IMG/VR virus record: IMGVR_UViG_3300028766_000004
Coordinates: 1 to 64,000 of that record
Direction: 5' to 3' (one strand)
DNA length: 64,000 bases
DNA from: a virus
Positions 59,871-64,000 of this stretch are shown piece after piece (positions within the stretch are counted from its first letter, which is position 1; each line of letters starts with the position of its first letter). The notes below the pieces were generated by a model that was given only the letters and a program-made list of their open reading frames with translations, ran no database searches and had not been told where the DNA came from. Made by a program: the position numbers and the translations under genes.

Positions 59871-62566
59871 TTTGCTTTTCCTTGCCTAGCTGGTGGTTGC
59901 CCTTCTGGAGCCTTACCAACTTGGAGGCTTGGATGAGACGAAGCTCCACCTTGTACAAACTCGTTCGGGTCTCCGGGGTTATTGGGGTCTGGCTGTCCTT
60001 GTTCCCCACCTTGTCCAGCTTGAGCTTCCATTTGTTGGGCTTGTTGTTGCTGCGCTTGTTGCTGTAGTTTGTAGTTAACCACAACAGGGTTAAGTATTAG
60101 GTTCCCAATTTCTTCGTCATCGTACGGTTCTAATCCAGCCTCCTCACGAGTCTCATCTAAAGTCTTATAAGCTTGTACTTCAGACGCTCTGATATTAACC
60201 ATCTCCTGCTCATCTTTCATATCAATGCCAGTGAATTCAAAATACAAATTTCTGTCAATTTGATGGAGGATGTGGTAATTCATCTGTTCTTCTATGAAGT
60301 TGAGAAGGTTTCGTAATCCTTTATCCCTAGAATGTTTTAATTTCGCCTCAGGAGATGTTTCAAACAATGGAGCAGACTCAGATGCACCGCGATAATCAAA
60401 GTTGATTTCGGCTGGATCAATCAAATAAACAGCTGTAACCATCTTTACGAGGTATTCAATCCAAGAATTGTACTCCATATCCCTATTATTGGAATGTAGG
60501 TTGATAAACTCGATGCCATCCTTGCTTGTCAAAACAGGGATTTTATGTGCGTTCGTAACATTTGAAGCGAGAGCGTGCCACTGTCTACGAAAAGATTCAA
60601 GCATCTCTTGTGGAACATTGGCACCTTTTATGTTTAAGAGTCCGTTAATCATACTTCCATTCGAGAAGAACCTGCGATTATATTCTTGGGCAAATAGGAT
60701 GCTCGTAACCATATTGATAAGCATCTCTAGTTCACTATATCCATAACCATTCAACTTGATGGAGTTGCGAACATTTCTAATGCAGAACGCCAATTCGCGG
60801 TACGTATAGGTATGACGAACAACATTGTTGTAAATCTGCACGTATTTGATGAGGTCTCTACCATCATCCAAACCTTCCACGCTCTGCATACGAGGTTGAG
60901 CTACGCGAATTGTAGATGCGTCTACAGCCCAGAACTCACACGGTTTTCCATTCTTGGCAGGGACGATTTCAAAACAGTTATGGCTGATACATCCATTAGC
61001 TAAATAACTATGAGTTTTCTCAACTTCAAAGTTGTAAACGTCCAAATCTTCAACTTGCGAACATTTAACTTCATTTACTCGAATATAGAAATATTCGTCG
61101 TCTACCAAATAGGCCGAGCGTTCTTTGGTTGGTTCGGCAACTTCTAATCCGTTTTCTCTAGCCAATTCTCTATATTCTTTACCACTAATATTTCCTCTGT
61201 ACTGGTCTAAACACGGAACACCATATCTATTAACCTTCAGTTCAGATTCTGCTAAATATATTCCCTCGGCGCTAAGTAGATGACGTAAGCCAACAAACAA
61301 TTGTCTGGATGTTGTGTTTATCTTAGCTTTTGTTTTATATATCGTACCATCCCCGCTTAAATAGCCGCCAATAAAAGCCCTTCTAACTTTTCTAGAAGAC
61401 AGCAGTATGGATAAAGGAACCATCTTGTTTTCTGAACCTTTTCCGCATAAGTCTTCTAACCAATCTCCAAAACCGCTACCGTTAGAATTAATAAATACGG
61501 TTATGGCGTTTCTTCCTTCAACTGGATCGACGTGAGATTTTAATCCTATTTTTTCAGCAAATTTTAGAGTAAAATCAGCCAATTCTGTTTCATCAGAATG
61601 AAAAGTCAACCTCACACTTCCATTTTGTTGATTCCCTTCCGCCACGTAGAGACCTAAGAATCTCCCAAATTCACTATCAATATGATGAGTTTTATCTCCA
61701 AATACAGCTTCAACATCTGATTCAGGCAGTTTTATGCGGGGGTAGGTTAAATACATTCCTGAAGAAATATTCTTAGCCTCTAACCATTCTGAGACGAATG
61801 GCTTACGACGAGTTCCAAGATAAGCCCACTTATCTTTAAGAACAAGAAGAGGGTGACCTTCTGTAGCCGTAATCTTCTGACCTCTAGATTTTATAGAGTA
61901 AAGATTCCCAGAATATTTGCGAGAATAAATTTGTTCTACCTTAGCTAATTCTCCATTATGGGAAAAAACTTGATGGCCGACCTTAACGTCTTGGATGTTT
62001 ATAAACGCTCCAAACATTTCAATCCTAGTATTAGCCGGATGACATGCTTGGTCGTAAATAAGTGAATCACGAACAAAACGCTTCAAAAACTCAGCGAAAT
62101 TGGGACGTCTTTCGCCAGAACGATATCTATCTGTATAACCAGTTTGGTAAAAAATATCTTCTAGCAGATCGAGACGTCCTCTTTCTTCCTTGGTTGGTTT
62201 CCTGTTAGCATCTTTAAAACGAATTTGGAATCCGAGTGAATTCTTTTTCCATCTCGCAGGTTGAGCGAAGCTACAAATTTGCGCTATACGAGTATTTATT
62301 ATGGCGTTAACCTGCTCTGTCTTTTCCGACATAGCAGCCAAAACATCATACGTTAAGCTGGAATATCTTTCTTTATACTGGGTTTGACCAATCAAAGACA
62401 AAGGATCGAACAACATAGAACGAGGAGATATTGCACTCGGCGCGAGACCACCCAATTCGCTAGAACGCTGAGTTAGCTCGGCATTCACTTTTTCAGTAAC
62501 CTGTTGGTCGAGAGACTTCCCATTCAGTCCTTGTCTCCAACCGGCGATAGCTTCACGAAATCCCAT
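59867..62566 (-). CDS. Portal protein containing an intein
   Basis: VRDSLIYDQA, AVDASTIR, GYGYSELE, RFFSNG, RDMEY, IDPAEINF, SRDKGL. Confidence 0.92.
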   Translation of the reverse strand: MGFREAIAGWRQGLNGKSLDQQVTEKVNAELTQRSSELGGLAPSAISPRSMLFDPLSLIGQTQYKERYSSLTYDVLAAMSEKTEQVNAIINTRIAQICSFAQPARWKKNSLGFQIRFKDANRKPTKEERGRLDLLEDIFYQTGYTDRYRSGERRPNFAEFLKRFVRDSLIYDQACHPANTRIEMFGAFINIQDVKVGHQVFSHNGELAKVEQIYSRKYSGNLYSIKSRGQKITATEGHPLLVLKDKWAYLGTRRKPFVSEWLEAKNISSGMYLTYPRIKLPESDVEAVFGDKTHHIDSEFGRFLGLYVAEGNQQNGSVRLTFHSDETELADFTLKFAEKIGLKSHVDPVEGRNAITVFINSNGSGFGDWLEDLCGKGSENKMVPLSILLSSRKVRRAFIGGYLSGDGTIYKTKAKINTTSRQLFVGLRHLLSAEGIYLAESELKVNRYGVPCLDQYRGNISGKEYRELARENGLEVAEPTKERSAYLVDDEYFYIRVNEVKCSQVEDLDVYNFEVEKTHSYLANGCISHNCFEIVPAKNGKPCEFWAVDASTIRVAQPRMQSVEGLDDGRDLIKYVQIYNNVVRHTYTYRELAFCIRNVRNSIKLNGYGYSELEMLINMVTSILFAQEYNRRFFSNGSMINGLLNIKGANVPQEMLESFRRQWHALASNVTNAHKIPVLTSKDGIEFINLHSNNRDMEYNSWIEYLVKMVTAVYLIDPAEINFDYRGASESAPLFETSPEAKLKHSRDKGLRNLLNFIEEQMNYHILHQIDRNLYFEFTGIDMKDEQEMVNIRASEVQAYKTLDETREEAGLEPYDDEEIGNLILNPVVVNYKLQQQAQQQQAQQMEAQAGQGGEQGQPDPNNPGDPNEFVQGGASSHPSLQVGKAPEGQPPARQGKAK
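60977..62044 (-). mobile_element. 356-aa intein with LAGLIDADG endonuclease
   Basis: DQA|CHPANT start, ATEGHP block B, LGLYVAEG and GGYLSGDG, VYNFEV..HSYLANG.ISHN|C end. Confidence 0.95.
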
Positions 62567-63999
62567 TATAACCCCTCGTCAACTACACTTTTATTAAGTT
62601 GCTCTACGCATTCGTTGTAGAACGATTTAAGAGCAACTTCATCATTATCTTTTACAAACTTCTTAAACCTATTGGCGTTAGTTCTGTATGGGAACAATCC
62701 AGCCTTATACATAATGTTTTCAATATATACCAAACGCTCTACCCATTGTTCTGCGCTGCTTACTTTGTCAGACTTGATCAAACTTAGATTATGAATTACA
62801 GGTTCTCTATGTATGGATTTAGAACTAGTGTCAGACTTGTTCAGATCGAAAACAAACATCGGTTTTGTTTCCATTCTGAAGTCGGTTGCAATAGTTGCAA
62901 TTTTTTGGCCCATAGATTTGATTACGTCGTCAGTCAACGGCGCTGTGAAATCTTCCTGCATCGTAGATGCTGAAAATTCGTTGTTCTTGATTACGTCTTT
63001 GATGAGGCCTTTAAGTAATGCACGATTTCCAGTTTTACGAACATCTACAGGGATAGCCTTGTAGGTGGTCATAAAGGAATCTATGAATTCATCAAAGTAC
63101 GCACCAAGAAGTTCTGTACACCGTGTCAAATCATTAGAGTTCACATCGTTATAGAACGATTTGCGTAAGGCGATACTAATATCTCTACGGGCTAGAATCT
63201 TCTCGGCTTCAATGAGTTTAACTAACGATTTCTCCGACCAGTTATCGTAATATTCATCGGCTTCTTGTTTTTCGGCCAAAAAGGCGTGATATGCGTTTAT
63301 CAGCTTCAACCCGAAATTCGTTTTAGCCATACCCATATCCAGATATTTGCCCGACTTGCCAGATTGTTGGATGGCATGGTTGATATTCGCTATGTCGCTT
63401 TGAATATCCGGCGAATAAAACTGCGAATTCTCAAGAATATTATTACGTTTTTGTTGGAATCTTTTTACGGCTACATCAGCCATGTGATTAACACCATCTT
63501 GAACCGTTTTGTTATGCTCTTCTTTGGCTTTTACTTGTTGCTCATCTACTGGGTGTTCTATCTTAGAGACATATGGTTCAAACTCTTTTCCATCTACATC
63601 TGCCAACTTTTTTCCCTGTAGATTATAATCATCAATCGCCGATTTTAAGGCGTGTTTCATAGCCTTAATAGCCGGGTCTTGGATGTATTCTGAGGATGTA
63701 CCACCACCAGCGTAAAATTTTTGTAAGTTCTTTTCAGCACCTACAATAGTATTGCGAAGGTCTCTAACTTTAAAATACAGCGCCTTATCTTTAGTAGCTG
63801 GTCCAGACGCTGCAGGAGACGTTGGTACTTGTAGCCCTTTTGTCCCTTCTTCTGACGGAACAGAAGCTTTTTCTTCTTGGTATTTATCAACCTCTTTGCC
63901 AAGTTGATCTATGTTGTTTTGTAGCACTTTGGTTTGCTTATGCATAGCTACACCATTCTTAACACTTTGTAGCTTTGCATAAGCCGTCTTCGATGGCAT
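62566..63999 (-). CDS. Putative head-packaged protein, probably 5'-truncated by the window edge
   Basis: Long ORF whose C-terminal half is dense in hxKS sites. Confidence 0.6.
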   Translation of the reverse strand: MPSKTAYAKLQSVKNGVAMHKQTKVLQNNIDQLGKEVDKYQEEKASVPSEEGTKGLQVPTSPAASGPATKDKALYFKVRDLRNTIVGAEKNLQKFYAGGGTSSEYIQDPAIKAMKHALKSAIDDYNLQGKKLADVDGKEFEPYVSKIEHPVDEQQVKAKEEHNKTVQDGVNHMADVAVKRFQQKRNNILENSQFYSPDIQSDIANINHAIQQSGKSGKYLDMGMAKTNFGLKLINAYHAFLAEKQEADEYYDNWSEKSLVKLIEAEKILARRDISIALRKSFYNDVNSNDLTRCTELLGAYFDEFIDSFMTTYKAIPVDVRKTGNRALLKGLIKDVIKNNEFSASTMQEDFTAPLTDDVIKSMGQKIATIATDFRMETKPMFVFDLNKSDTSSKSIHREPVIHNLSLIKSDKVSSAEQWVERLVYIENIMYKAGLFPYRTNANRFKKFVKDNDEVALKSFYNECVEQLNKSVVDEGL

Positions 64000-64000
64000 T

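Noticed and set aside
998-63621. Numerous plus-strand ORFs in the track
   Set aside because: They are antisense shadows of well-supported minus-strand genes, with no recognisable motifs.
1-64000. Stop-codon reassignment or tRNA genes
   Set aside because: Long genes are intact in the standard code and TAA, TAG and TGA all terminate genes. No cloverleaf was seen in the short intergenic regions, though this was not computationally scanned.

Overview
A 64-kb segment of a large contractile-tailed dsDNA phage, with gene order resembling SPO1/Twort-type (Herelleviridae-like) myoviruses. Almost all genes are on the minus strand. Read in transcription order (right to left) it contains: an intein-bearing portal; a cluster of large putative head-packaged proteins, including a kinase plus ADP-ribosyltransferase-like fusion; prohead protease, scaffold and major capsid; a homing endonuclease destroyed by an IS608-like IS200/IS605 element (tnpA+tnpB); neck, sheath, tube, chaperones, tape measure, baseplate and fibre genes; and a replication/recombination block (metallophosphoesterase, EndoVII, dNTP diphosphohydrolase, DNA methylase, DnaE, UvsY-like, SSB, RecA). 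The most unusual signal is 50190-51194. Its two ends align residue-for-residue with the two halves of ubiquitin, including a di-Gly followed by a short tail. They are separated by a ~250-aa beta-rich insert containing 108 bp identical to the tail-sheath gene. Other notable signals are a free-standing, apparently catalytically dead intein after dnaE, a recurring hxK[S/A/G] motif across head proteins, a TCC-TTT-CGC +1 frameshift candidate and an ATC start codon. All family calls come from motif recognition by eye, not database searches.
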